Shown here in pieces: positions 39,184 to 49,352 of a stretch of DNA of 64,000 bases (position 1 is the first letter of the stretch; each line of letters begins with the position of its first letter). This DNA is from Syntrophales bacterium (lineage in GTDB: Bacteria > Desulfobacterota > Syntrophia > Syntrophales > UBA2210): assembly GCA_963662405.2 (NCBI GenBank), contig CAXXKT010000001.1, forward strand, positions 2,016,001 through 2,080,000. The letters run 5' to 3'. Made by a program: the position numbers and the translations under genes. Under the pieces are notes generated by a model. That model was given only the letters and a program-made list of their open reading frames with translations. It was not told where the DNA came from and made no database searches.

Positions 39184-40500
39184 ATGGAACTATGGATGCT
39201 TTTTGCGATAACCGTTGTCGGTCTGGCCGCGCTGCTGATCTTGGGATTTCCGATAGCATTGACTATGGCTGGACTTGCAATTCTCGGAACTCTCCATGTC
39301 TGGGGGCCACTGGGTCTTTATTCAGTCGCCACGACGGCGTTCGGTAATGCGACCAATTTTGTCTATATCGCCGTACCGCTTTTCCTCTTGATGGCTTCTT
39401 TTCTCCAATCCAGCGGTCTTGCGGACGATATGTATGAAATTATTTACCGGTGGTCTGGCCGTGTTCGTGGAGGTCTGGCGGTCGGGACGATCATTATCTG
39501 TGCCGTATTTGCAGCTATGGCTGGCATCAGTTCCGTTGCGACCGTCACAATGGGCATGATCGCGTTACCGTCGATGATGAAACGGGGCTATAACCAATCG
39601 ATGGTCCTCGGGTGTATCATGGCTGGAGGTGCCCTTGGCATTCTTATACCGCCGAGCATAATCATGATTGTCTATGGCGGTGTTGCCGAGGTGTCTGTCG
39701 GGAAACTCTTTATGGGCGGGATCGTACCGGGTTTGCTCCTTGCTGCTCTTTATATTCTCTATGTGCTGATTCGATGCTGGATCAACCCTGCAATGGGACC
39801 CGCAGTAGATACACGGTTCACCTTTATGGAGAAACTGGTTATTCTGAAAGGTGTTATTCTCCCGGTTCTCTTGGTTATACTGGTTCTTGGTACCATATAT
39901 GCGGGTATATGCACACCAACGGAGTCGGCTGCAGTTGGGGCCTTTGGCGCTTTGATATGCATGATTATCCACCGTAAATTTACGTGGGGCACCATAAGAA
40001 ACTCGATTCTGGAGACGGTGAAGACTAATGCGATGATCATGTGGATTATTATCGGCGCGGCCTGTTTTTCAAATTTTGTTGCGGTGGCTGGGTTCCAAGA
40101 CAAAATAAACGAATATCTGGTGAATCTGGATATATGGCGGTGGTGGATCATCGTTCTCATGCAGGTCATCTTTTTTATTATGGGAATGTTTCTCAATCCT
40201 GCGGCAATAGTTACCCTCCTCGGTCCCCTCTTTGTGCCGATTATCATTAGTTTGGGATTTGATCCGTTATGGTTCGGGATACTTTTTGTTATTAATATGG
40301 AAATGGGTTACCTGACGCCCCCGTTCGGATTCAACCTCTTTATCATGAAAGGAGTGGTTCCCGACAGTATCACCATGAATGATATCTACCGCTCCATAGT
40401 GCCTTTTATCGGCATACAGATAGTCGCCTTGATATTGGTTATGATTTTCCCTGAAATTGCGACGTGGTTACCCGGCCTGATGATAGAGGGAAATGGTTAG
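39184..40500 (+). CDS. dctM: TRAP large permease
   Basis: GGLAVGTI, LGILIPPS, TPTESAAVG, LTPPFGFNLF. Confidence 0.92.
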   Translation: MELWMLFAITVVGLAALLILGFPIALTMAGLAILGTLHVWGPLGLYSVATTAFGNATNFVYIAVPLFLLMASFLQSSGLADDMYEIIYRWSGRVRGGLAVGTIIICAVFAAMAGISSVATVTMGMIALPSMMKRGYNQSMVLGCIMAGGALGILIPPSIIMIVYGGVAEVSVGKLFMGGIVPGLLLAALYILYVLIRCWINPAMGPAVDTRFTFMEKLVILKGVILPVLLVILVLGTIYAGICTPTESAAVGAFGALICMIIHRKFTWGTIRNSILETVKTNAMIMWIIIGAACFSNFVAVAGFQDKINEYLVNLDIWRWWIIVLMQVIFFIMGMFLNPAAIVTLLGPLFVPIIISLGFDPLWFGILFVINMEMGYLTPPFGFNLFIMKGVVPDSITMNDIYRSIVPFIGIQIVALILVMIFPEIATWLPGLMIEGNG

Positions 40501-40630
40501 TGCTTCGTTTCAATGTATTCTAGAACATTGCCGAATAGAATGTTCTTAGAATATTAATATTCTTAAAATTCATGCCTTAGTGTTTGGTCAACGCGAATGC
40601 ATGAATGATAATGAAAGGGAGGAAGATAGA

Positions 40631-41668
40631 ATGAAAAAGAAGTTAGCGTCAATGTTGGTAGTTATGGTGTTCGTCGCATCTTTCTGCATGCTGAGCGCCG
40701 GGGCGGTATGTGCTGAATCTAAGGTTCTTAAGTTGCAAGCAACGTTCCCGCCGTTGAGTCAGATAGGTAACAATGTTAAGTTTTTTGCCGAGAAGGTGGA
40801 GTTATTGACCAATGGTGAGGTGAAGGTAAAAGTTTTCTGGCCCGGCCAGCTGGTTCAGACAAAGCAGGCACTTTCGGCTGTGCAGAAGGGGATGGTCGAG
40901 GCTGTCATGACGGGTGTGGGATACTATTTTCTGGGTACCATCCCCGAGGCTGCCGGTGTCCTTCTTCCTTACGGATGGGAGAATACCGACGATATGGTCG
41001 ATGTTTTTTTGAACTATGGGTATCTGGATCTGCTCCGTACCATATATGATCAACACGGATTGTACTATGTGACACCAATGTCTGTGGGTAATCAGGGATT
41101 GATCACAAAGTTTCCTGTTCATTCAATGGAAGACCTGAAGGGAAAGAAAATACGGGCGACTGGTATGATGGGATATGCCATCAAGGCGTTGGGTGCCGCT
41201 CCCGTTTCTTTAGCACCAACGGAGATATATACAGCTCTTCAGCGAGGGACGGTGGATGGAACCACGTGGGCGTGGTATGCAATGGTAGACTATAAATTTT
41301 ATGAAGTGGCGAGTAACATTAGCATTCCTGGCATCCTCACTCCCGCTATATGCGATATCATAATCAACAAGAAGGTGTGGAGCAGCTTGACCCCTGATCA
41401 GCAAAACGCCATTAATCTGGCTGGTCTGCAGATGTTTTTCCGCTCCAAGCAGTTGAATGATAAAGCTGATGCAGATACATTCGCTTTCTGCAAAAAGAAT
41501 AATGTTGGAGTCATTACTCTCAGTGATGCTGAGTTGAAACGATTCAAGGAGACGGTTCAGCCGATCTGGAAGAAACACAAGGAGACGTCGCCTCTGTGTG
41601 CCAAGCAAGTTGAAATTCTGGAGAAATATGCAGCCAAGAAGGCGGCGGCAAGAAAGGCTCAACAGTAA
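40631..41668 (+). CDS. dctP: TRAP solute-binding protein
   Basis: Signal peptide; EDLKGKKIRATG, EIYTALQRGTVDG. Confidence 0.9.
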   Translation: MKKKLASMLVVMVFVASFCMLSAGAVCAESKVLKLQATFPPLSQIGNNVKFFAEKVELLTNGEVKVKVFWPGQLVQTKQALSAVQKGMVEAVMTGVGYYFLGTIPEAAGVLLPYGWENTDDMVDVFLNYGYLDLLRTIYDQHGLYYVTPMSVGNQGLITKFPVHSMEDLKGKKIRATGMMGYAIKALGAAPVSLAPTEIYTALQRGTVDGTTWAWYAMVDYKFYEVASNISIPGILTPAICDIIINKKVWSSLTPDQQNAINLAGLQMFFRSKQLNDKADADTFAFCKKNNVGVITLSDAELKRFKETVQPIWKKHKETSPLCAKQVEILEKYAAKKAAARKAQQ

Positions 41669-42042
41669 GGTGATCGCCCAGCGTTGAATACAGCATTACA
41701 ACCGATAGTATACAATTGTCCCCCCTCTTTTTGTGTTCGTTTGTAGTGGCTGTGACGGAGGTTTTGCGGATCTCCCCCGCCCGTTTATGTGGGGAGATCC
41801 TATCCTCTGTTTCCTATTGGTTGACTGTAATTATATGCAGGAACTGACTTGAAATCGGCCGGCCAATACAATGGGAATGAAGAAACGGAAATCTTACGAT
41901 GCAAACGATTTTCAGGACATCGATTGATTTTTCGGGGATGCGGTAATGAGAGAAACGCTGATTCATGATGAGTTTTAACGTGTTATGAGACGGTCGAGAA
42001 AAAAATCAGTGTAGATAACTGTGTGATACGAGGTAACAAAGA

Positions 42043-43782
42043 ATGAAAAAAAATTTATTGTTGAATCCTCAAAAGATGGATCAGGTGATGGCTGACAAGA
42101 AAACACAAGATCTGTTCAATCTTACGGTGGATTTTTTCGAACACAAAGGCAACTTTTCGATGCGCATCGACTCCAAGGCGAGACGTATGCCGACTGATTT
42201 CTATCAGTTTGTCAAAGAATCCGGCTTGTTTGCTACTTTACTAACTCCGGCTGGGTACGGTGATGCCGATGCCAGGTGGGATCACTACAGAATAACATCC
42301 GCCAGTGAGCTGATAGGTTTCTACGGACTTTATCAATATACGTTCCAGGTTTCGATACTTGGGGTAGGGCCGATATGGATCAGTAAGAAAGAGACGCAGA
42401 AAAAGGAGCTGGCACAGTTACTCAAGGAAGGCCATGTTTTTGCCTTTGGTATGTCCGAGCGCAACCATGGTGCCGACCTGTACAGTAACGAAGCCAACAT
42501 CACTCCCATTGGTGATGGCAGGTATATAGCAAATGGAGAAAAGTATTATATCGGCAACTCTTCTCGGGCACCGAAGATCAGTGTCATGGGAAAGAATGCA
42601 AAGACGGGAGAGTATGTATTCTGGGTTGTCGACTGTCGTGACAGACACCTCAAGTATTGCGGTGACATAGACGTTGTCGGTATGTTCCAGGGTCAGCTGG
42701 GCCAGTTTGCAATGATTGAGTATCCCATCACCGATGTGGACATTCTGGAGACCGGGGATGCCGCTTTCGCAATGGGTCTTTCCACGGTCAATATCGGGAA
42801 AACGCAGACAAGCATGAAGAATGCGGGTATTGCGACGCATATGCTCTATGAAGCGATTAATCACGCCCATAACCGTTACCTGTATGGCAAGAGAGTGACG
42901 GACATGCCGCATATCAAGAGAGGATTTCTGGAAGCCTGGAGCCGAATCGTGATGAGCAGGTTGTATAACTATCGTGCCGTCGATTATTTCCGTCAGGCGG
43001 ACAAGGAGACGGATCGTCGGTACTTATTGTTTAACCCAATCCAGAAAGCACGTTCAGGGGCGCAATGTGATCTGGCCGTTACCATCATGCACAACATCAT
43101 GGCTGCCAAGGCATATGAAACAGATACATTTGCCGAGACAGCCGTACGTCAAATCGGCAACTCTGTTCGCCTCGAAGGGACAGCTCATGTCAATCTGTCT
43201 CAGGCAGTCAAATTTATCAATAACTACTTCAATGACAATGTAGATTTGCCTGAAGTTCCAGACGGTAAGATGGTGAAGGATGATTCTTCGAGCATGTTTG
43301 ACCAGGGCTTCGGCAAGGTCAAAAACATCAAGTTTAATGATTACCGGAAGGCATTTAACGGGTGCACACTTCCTAATGTGAAAATATTTCTCGAGCAGGC
43401 TGAAGCGCTCAAGGAATTTAACAATTGCTCACCCATGACCAAGGATCAGGTTAAAAACTCTGATTTTATGCTGAGTATTGCTGAGATCTTTGCCGTTGTT
43501 GTCTACGGCCAGCTTGTGTTCGAAAAAGCCAAGTTGGAAAGTATCGAAGATATGGTTGTTGATCAACTCTTCAGCTATTTGGTCCGTGATATTAACAGTT
43601 CTGTTATGCGCCAGATCAATGAATACGCCGGCCACTTTCAGGCAGGCCAGAAAGAAGGTCTTGCGGCTATTATTAAAGATCCTCACATTGATTTTGTGCG
43701 TGAAGAGGCTATCCTGACCGATTATATCTTGGCACTCGATGGTGCTTATAGCAGTACGTATGGAGTCGTTATCAACGAGTGA
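42043..43782 (+). CDS. Acyl-CoA dehydrogenase family protein
   Basis: FAFGMSERNHGAD, ANGEKYYIGN, RLEGTAHVN. Confidence 0.85.
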   Translation: MKKNLLLNPQKMDQVMADKKTQDLFNLTVDFFEHKGNFSMRIDSKARRMPTDFYQFVKESGLFATLLTPAGYGDADARWDHYRITSASELIGFYGLYQYTFQVSILGVGPIWISKKETQKKELAQLLKEGHVFAFGMSERNHGADLYSNEANITPIGDGRYIANGEKYYIGNSSRAPKISVMGKNAKTGEYVFWVVDCRDRHLKYCGDIDVVGMFQGQLGQFAMIEYPITDVDILETGDAAFAMGLSTVNIGKTQTSMKNAGIATHMLYEAINHAHNRYLYGKRVTDMPHIKRGFLEAWSRIVMSRLYNYRAVDYFRQADKETDRRYLLFNPIQKARSGAQCDLAVTIMHNIMAAKAYETDTFAETAVRQIGNSVRLEGTAHVNLSQAVKFINNYFNDNVDLPEVPDGKMVKDDSSSMFDQGFGKVKNIKFNDYRKAFNGCTLPNVKIFLEQAEALKEFNNCSPMTKDQVKNSDFMLSIAEIFAVVVYGQLVFEKAKLESIEDMVVDQLFSYLVRDINSSVMRQINEYAGHFQAGQKEGLAAIIKDPHIDFVREEAILTDYILALDGAYSSTYGVVINE

Positions 43783-43909
43783 ACTGATTGACAAGATGTC
43801 TGTTCATCCAGCTGTTTTGTACAGAGAAAGCCACACGTGCTTTCACCGTATGGCTGAATGGACAATGATATCTACTTCAAACGCTGAGAGAGTCAACGTG
43901 AAAACACAT

Positions 43910-44143
43910 ACAGCAGCGGCGTTTCAGTGCGGTTTTGTGAACAAGGTAGTCGTGCCCGAACGGCTCGATGACGAGGCGTATGCAATAGCTAAGGAAAATT
44001 TCAATCACGCACTGTATGGTCTTTTAGAGCGTCAACTCGAACTGGAACGGGATGGCATGATCAAGGCCGGAAGAACGACGGATTCGAAAGAAGGGTTTGC
44101 TGCATTTCTGGAAAAACGGAAACCACACTTTGCAGCAAAATGA
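43910..44143 (+). pseudogene. Enoyl-CoA hydratase (crotonase) C-terminal relic
   Basis: AAAFQCGFVNKVV..ERLDDEA and TTDSKEGFAAFLEKRKPHF are crotonase C-terminal motifs; N-terminus absent. Confidence 0.75.
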
Positions 44144-44208
44144 GACATTATACACAGAGGCTGAATCAAAAAAGATCAGATATCTGGACAATGAAGAAAA
44201 GGAGCTTG

Positions 44209-45558
44209 GGTAGTGTAAAAGAAAGGTCGCAATTTGAGGTATTGTCAGAGGCCATCGATATCTCCTAAAAAGGTGTCAGCGAAGACACTTGGGAAAGGAG
44301 ACAGAGCGATGGCCCGGAAGTATGATACCGCGACGTAAAAGAAATTACTACTGCATTTCATGGGAGAATCGGATCCGTTATATGCGATGCTCCAGTGGTT
44401 GACACAGCGGATGATGGAAGTGGAATCGGAGATAAAAGTGGGAGCGGCCAAGGGGAAGCATACAGATGAGCGGACGACGCATTTTTCAGGGACCCGAGTT
44501 CGGCGGTTTGATACCCGGTTGGGGGCCTTGTATCTGTTGGTTCCGAAGCTTCGCCAGGGTGGGTATGTTCCCTTCTTTGTCACGGAGAAGAAGCGTTCCG
44601 AGCAGGCGCTGATCCAGGTGGTACAGGAGGCATTTATCAACGGTGTCTCTACCCGGAAGATGGAGCGTCTGGTCCAGTCCCTGGGGATTGAGGGGATATC
44701 AGCGAGTCAGGTATCGGTGATGGCGAAGGAACTGGACGACCAGGTTTCCTGGTTTCGATCCCGGCCCCTGGAGCGAGAATATCCCGTTATCTGGCTGGAC
44801 GCCCTATATGAGGATATCCGGTTCGACGGTCGAGTGACAAGCATGGCGGTTCTGGTTGTTGCCGGGATCACCGTTGAGGGACGTCGTGATATCCTGGCCT
44901 GTGAGCCCATGATGACCGAATCGGAAGAGACCTATCGAGCGCTCTTTGCCAATCTCAAGAGACGGGGAGTGGAGAAGGTCTGGCTGTGTGTTTCTGACGC
45001 TCACATCGGTTTAAAGAAGGCGGTTCGGAAGGCATTTCTCGGGTGCAGTTGGCAGCGATGCAAGGTTCATTTTATGCGGAACATTCTGGCTCACATTCCC
45101 CACAGAGAGAAAGACTCCTTTGCTGCGAGATTGAAGGCCATCTGGCTGCAGCCCACAAAGGAGACGGCCCTCCAGGTAGCCCGGATGGTGATCGATGAAT
45201 ATCGAGATCGTTTTCCGCAGGCCATTACGATCTTGGAAGAAGGTCTGGAGGATGCCCTGCAGTACCTGTCATATTCCTCATTCGATCATCGGAAGATCAG
45301 CTCCACCAACATTCTCGAACGTCTGAACCGGGAGATTCGGAGGCGGTCACGGGTTGTGGGGATCTTTCCCGGCATGGACTCTTATATCCGACTGATCACT
45401 TCGTATCTGATTGAGTACAGCGAAGACTGGTCGACAGGAAAATGTTACATCAAACCGTCACTCATCGAGGAGAAAAGAGAGTCGCTACAAAGGGTGGCGT
45501 AACAGGGAAATATCGATGACCTCATGAATTGAAATTGCGAACATTTATTGACGTGACC
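44209..45558 (+). mobile_element. IS256-family insertion sequence
   Basis: Imperfect IRs GGT...TCGCAATTT at both ends; flanks GAGCTTG / AAGCTTG (imperfect 7-bp duplication). Confidence 0.85.
44309..45502 (+). pseudogene. IS256-family transposase with an early in-frame stop
   Basis: GGAAAGGAG RBS, then ATG 44309 reads MARKYDTAT*; the frame continues to GVSTRK, WLDA, VSDAHIGL, WQRCKVHFMRN, STNILERLNREIRRR; a restart at 44360 is possible. Confidence 0.8.
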
Positions 45559-45802
45559 AAGCTTGAGCGGAAGTTATTCAATTGAATATAAAAGAAAAAT
45601 GGTATCTGCTGCAGAGGCCGCCGAGAAGCGGGACATATGGACGAGGAGTAATAAGATAACATAGAAAAAACATAGAGAGAAGCATCTGCGATAGATCACT
45701 CATTGTCTTTTCTGGAAAACTCAACTGCCGGGAAAGGCATCTTTTCTGACCGCCGGACAGGAAAATGTCCGCATTCCTGTCCGGCATTTATGAAATACCC
45801 CG

Positions 45803-45913
45803 CAGAATACCCCGTCCTGTGGACGGGGATGAATGCGGAGCAGGGGCAGGGGGGATGCAATCCCCCTCATTTAAGCTTTTCAGATGCCCCGCCCTGTGGG
45901 CGGGGTAATTCAC
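45803..45913 (+). mobile_element. IS200/IS605-like non-autonomous mini-element (two subterminal hairpins, no ORF)
   Basis: Left CAGAATA-CCCCGTCC-TGT-GGACGGGG-ATGAATGCG; right CAGATG-CCCCGCCC-TGT-GGGCGGGG-TAATTCAC; hairpin+TTCAC is the typical right-end form. Confidence 0.6.
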
Positions 45914-47793
45914 GTGTGCCCGGCATGGGCAGCAGCTTGGAGGTGAGAGTCCTCTACAGGTCCTGATGGTGGAAACTGTTAGCCGAGGGCAAGGGCGTCC
46001 ATCGCGAGGTGGGGTCTGAAGGAAGCCGGAGGCAAAATCCCGATCCGAGGAACACGAATCGCATATCAGGCTGTATCATTGGGGCGAGCTTACGTGAGAA
46101 GGCGAAGCCCGTAGCCATCAAACGGTGATGCAGTAAATGCGGCGGATGCGGGGTGAAGGCGGCTGTTCTTACCCGGGGAGGTCTGGGAACCTGTCGGAGA
46201 CGACAAGGGGTTTCGCAAGGGACTCTGAACGGTTTCCAGAAGTCAGCAGAGGCCGTATTAGGTGTGGCGCAAGCCGGGCTGAAGGGCCGAACGTGTGGTC
46301 GGTGGTGAGACTCAAGGATTCGTGGTCGTGGAGATGCGGCAACTTTCATTATTCGATGAAGGCCTTCTGTCATGTTTGAAGGGTGAAGCCCCGAGGAGAG
46401 ATGGGAGGAGGTATCAAGCGGCGGCGGCATTGGAGAGATCCGAACCCATCATGGTTGACCTGATGCAGGAGGTAGTGAACAGGGAGAACGTGATTCGCGC
46501 ATGGAAACGAGTCAGGGCGAACAAGGGGAGCCCCGGCATTGACGGGATGACCGTCGATGAACTGACGGATTACCTGCGGGAACACTGGCCGCGGATTCGG
46601 GAGGAGTTGTTGACAGGGGAGTATCGCCCCCAACTGGTGAAAGAAGTAGTGATTCCGAAGCCGGGAGGCGGGACCAGACGGCTTGGTATCCCCACGGTGA
46701 CGGATCGATTTATCCAGCAGGCAATTTTGCAGGTGCTCGATCCCCTGTATGATCCGACCTTTTCGGACTACAGTTATGGCTTTCGTCCTCGTCGCCGTGC
46801 TCATCAGGCGGTGAACCGAGCGAAGAGATGCATATCTGAAGGATACGAATGGGTGGTCGATATTGACCTGGAGAAGTTTTTTGACCGGGTGAACCATGAC
46901 ATCCTCATGGGGAGACTGGCCAAGAGGATCGGTGACAAGCGCATTCTCCGGGTTATTCGTCGGTATGTGCAGGCCGGGATCATGGTCAATGGGGCCGTAC
47001 AGGAAAGGTGGGAAGGGACGCCGCAGGGCGGACCCTTATCGCCGCTGCTGGGCAACATTCTTCTGGACGCACTGGACAAGGAGTTGGAACGGAGGGGTCA
47101 CCGATTCTGCCGGTATGCGGACGATGTGAACATCTATGTCAAGTCTCAGCGCGCCGGGAAGAGGGTGTTTGAATCCATTGAGGCATTTTTGCTCAAGCGG
47201 TTGAAGCTTCGGGTGAACCGGGACAAGAGTGCGGTAGCCCGATACCATGAGCGGGGATTCTTAGGATTCGGCTTTACCTCCGGGAAACTCCTCAAGATCA
47301 AGCTGACGGGCAAGGCCCTGAGGAACTTCCGGGACCGAGTCCGGGCGATCACGAGGCGATCTCGGCGCGTCTCCATCAACCGGATAATCGAGGAACTCCA
47401 GACGTATTTGAGAGGATGGATCGGGTATTTTCATCTGATCGAGACGTGGACGATTCTGCGGGATCTGGATAGTTGGATGCGCAGGAGGTTGCGGTGTTTC
47501 ATGGTCAAACAATGGGTAAACAACTGCCATACCCGTTATAAGAACCTGATCCATCTGGGAGTAGGGAAAGATCAGGCGCGTATCGCGGCAGGGTCAAGCA
47601 AAGGACCTTGGGCGTTGTCCAACATGAAACCGCTGAAGATTGCTTTGTCCAATCGGTTTTTTGCCGAACGGGGTTTTCTTGGACTCTGGGGTCAGGCTCA
47701 AACATTGGGCAAGACTACATGAACCGCCGTGTACGGACCCGTATGCCCGGTGGTGTGGGAGGGGAAGGCCGTGAGGCCTTCCCCTATCCCGAT
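45914..47793 (+). mobile_element. Intact class C (IIC) group II intron (1880 nt)
   Basis: 5' GTGTGCCCGGCATGGG; short domain V with CGC triad AACCGCCGTGTACGGACCCGTATGCCCGGTGGTG (~47722-47755); domain VI ends CCCCTATCCCGAT; inserted 8 nt after a DNA hairpin. Confidence 0.93.
46451..47722 (+). CDS. ltrA: Group II intron reverse transcriptase/maturase, class C type, no endonuclease domain
   Basis: NKGSPGIDG, IPKPGGGTRRLGIPTVTDR, SYGFRP, DLEKFFD, GTPQGGPLSPLL, RYADD, GWIGYF; start may be 46334. Confidence 0.95.
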   Translation: MVDLMQEVVNRENVIRAWKRVRANKGSPGIDGMTVDELTDYLREHWPRIREELLTGEYRPQLVKEVVIPKPGGGTRRLGIPTVTDRFIQQAILQVLDPLYDPTFSDYSYGFRPRRRAHQAVNRAKRCISEGYEWVVDIDLEKFFDRVNHDILMGRLAKRIGDKRILRVIRRYVQAGIMVNGAVQERWEGTPQGGPLSPLLGNILLDALDKELERRGHRFCRYADDVNIYVKSQRAGKRVFESIEAFLLKRLKLRVNRDKSAVARYHERGFLGFGFTSGKLLKIKLTGKALRNFRDRVRAITRRSRRVSINRIIEELQTYLRGWIGYFHLIETWTILRDLDSWMRRRLRCFMVKQWVNNCHTRYKNLIHLGVGKDQARIAAGSSKGPWALSNMKPLKIALSNRFFAERGFLGLWGQAQTLGKTT

Positions 47794-47835
47794 TTGGTAA
47801 TCATGGCAGATACCTCCGCAGAAAATGAGGTTACC

Positions 47836-47862
47836 GTGATTACCCCACCCGCAGGGCAAGAT
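47836..47862 (-). repeat. Degenerate inverted copy of the mini-element right end
   Basis: The minus strand reads ...GCCCTGCGGGTGGGGTAATCAC versus GCCCTGTGGGCGGGGTAATTCAC at 45891-45913. Confidence 0.6.
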
Positions 47863-47925
47863 AATCCAATTCTATTTTTCATAAAAGAAAAGAAATCTCC
47901 ATTTTTAGCCCCTATCCTTTCAATG

Positions 47926-47978
47926 ATGATCATATTTAATAGTCATTATAAGGTCATTATTTGGGAGTTCCCTTTTCC
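47926..47978 (+). promoter_or_regulatory. Conserved upstream motif, copy 2
   Basis: ATGATCATATTTAATAGTCATTATAAGGTCATTATTTGGGAGTTCC; similar distance to the CoA-transferase start as copy 1. Confidence 0.7.
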
Positions 47979-48105
47979 AAATCCATAGCATAGGCTGCAT
48001 TTCCATAGAGAGATGCGTCGTGTCTGAAGAGTGGTAAACAACATTTTTTTTAAACATGTAGTGGATATATGTTCGTTAACGGAAATTGTAAAAGAGGAGC
48101 ATGGT

Positions 48106-49311
48106 ATGGAGGCGCAACCCTTTAAGGGAATAAAGATTCTCGATTTATCGAATCATATTAGCGGATCATTTTGCACGAAGCTTTTTGCGGATTATGGGGC
48201 GGAGGTTATCAAGATCGAGAAGCCGGGCAGGGGAAGCCTGACACGTTGCATGCCGCCGTTTGTAGATGATGTGCCTGATGTGAATAAAAGTGTTCATTTT
48301 CTGTATCTGAATACGAACAAGAGAGGAATTACGCTCAATCTGAAATCAGATACCGGGAAGAAGATTTTTGCACAGCTGGTCCAGAGTGCTGACATCCTGG
48401 TAGAGAGTTTCGCTCCGCAAGTGTCGTCGGATCTTGGATTGGAGTTCGACGCGATAGAGAAGCTGAACCCCTCGTTGGTTATGGCCTCGATTTCGAATTT
48501 CGGGCAAACGGGGCCTTACCGGGATTTCAAGGCTTCCGATCTGGTTGAGTATGCCATGGGAGGGGCGATGTTCCAGACTGGTCTCCCCGACAGAGAACCT
48601 CTGACCAAGGGACCAAACTCTCTGCTTTTCGAGGTGGGGACGCAGGCGTGTTACGCCATACTCGGGGCTTATATGGGTGCGAGGCGAGATGGCATTGGTG
48701 ATTATATCGACATCTCGATCATGGAGACTCAACTTGCTGGAGCTGACCGAAGAAGTGCGAATCTGCTTACGTATCAGTACACTGGTGATGTGACCCGTCG
48801 GGTTGCCCCGCTTCAGGGCGTGACATCAAAAGCACCGGCAATTCTGAGTTGTAAGGACGGCCGTGTGTCTTTGGCGATAGGGCCGAAAGTTTTCCCCAAG
48901 TTTCTGACCTTGATGGGGAGACCTGATCTCGTTGATGATCCCGAGTGGGATCCAATCACCATGAAGGTGACTCCTGAGGTGATGAAGGTTTATAACGACT
49001 GCTTTGCGAAGAAAACAAAGATGGAATGGTCGGAAATGTTTCAGAAAGAGGGACTGATTTGTACTCCTTTGAGCACACCCGAGGACGTATGTAAGGATGA
49101 TCACTGGAGATCCAGGAGTCTTTTTGTTGATGTGACACATCCCTCGACAGGAACGGTCAAGTATCCCCGAGGGTTTATTCGTACGGAATCTGAGTGGTGG
49201 AAGGTAAGAAAGCCGGCTCCGTTGCTGGGGCAGCACAACGGTGATGTCTACGGTGGCTTGGGTTATACCGCCGATGAGATGGCTACTTTGGAGGCACAGG
49301 GGATAATATAG
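48106..49311 (+). CDS. Family III CoA-transferase, subunit A, copy 2
   Basis: Close paralog of 35895-37100; GAGGAG RBS. Confidence 0.92.
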   Translation: MEAQPFKGIKILDLSNHISGSFCTKLFADYGAEVIKIEKPGRGSLTRCMPPFVDDVPDVNKSVHFLYLNTNKRGITLNLKSDTGKKIFAQLVQSADILVESFAPQVSSDLGLEFDAIEKLNPSLVMASISNFGQTGPYRDFKASDLVEYAMGGAMFQTGLPDREPLTKGPNSLLFEVGTQACYAILGAYMGARRDGIGDYIDISIMETQLAGADRRSANLLTYQYTGDVTRRVAPLQGVTSKAPAILSCKDGRVSLAIGPKVFPKFLTLMGRPDLVDDPEWDPITMKVTPEVMKVYNDCFAKKTKMEWSEMFQKEGLICTPLSTPEDVCKDDHWRSRSLFVDVTHPSTGTVKYPRGFIRTESEWWKVRKPAPLLGQHNGDVYGGLGYTADEMATLEAQGII

Positions 49312-49352
49312 CTGCGAACACTGCTTGAGGAGTCAAGAGGGAGTAAAGTCGA

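Noticed and set aside
41670..42040. Possible riboswitch or ncRNA in the long dctP-ACAD intergenic region
   Set aside because: Only a terminator-like hairpin (GGATCTCCCC...GGGGAGATCC, ~41768-41800) is visible; no known RNA family motif was recognised.
45578..45787. Small minus-strand ORF between IS256 and the hairpin cluster
   Set aside because: No RBS or motif support, and it overlaps repeat DNA.
28446..47722. Retron, DGR or CRISPR-associated reverse transcriptase
   Set aside because: Both RTs have group II maturase features and flanking domain V/VI RNA. No TR/VR pair, avd or cas genes were seen. The 15-bp IR at 29984/31463 resembles retron a1/a2 arms but has no retron-type RT and belongs to a later insertion.
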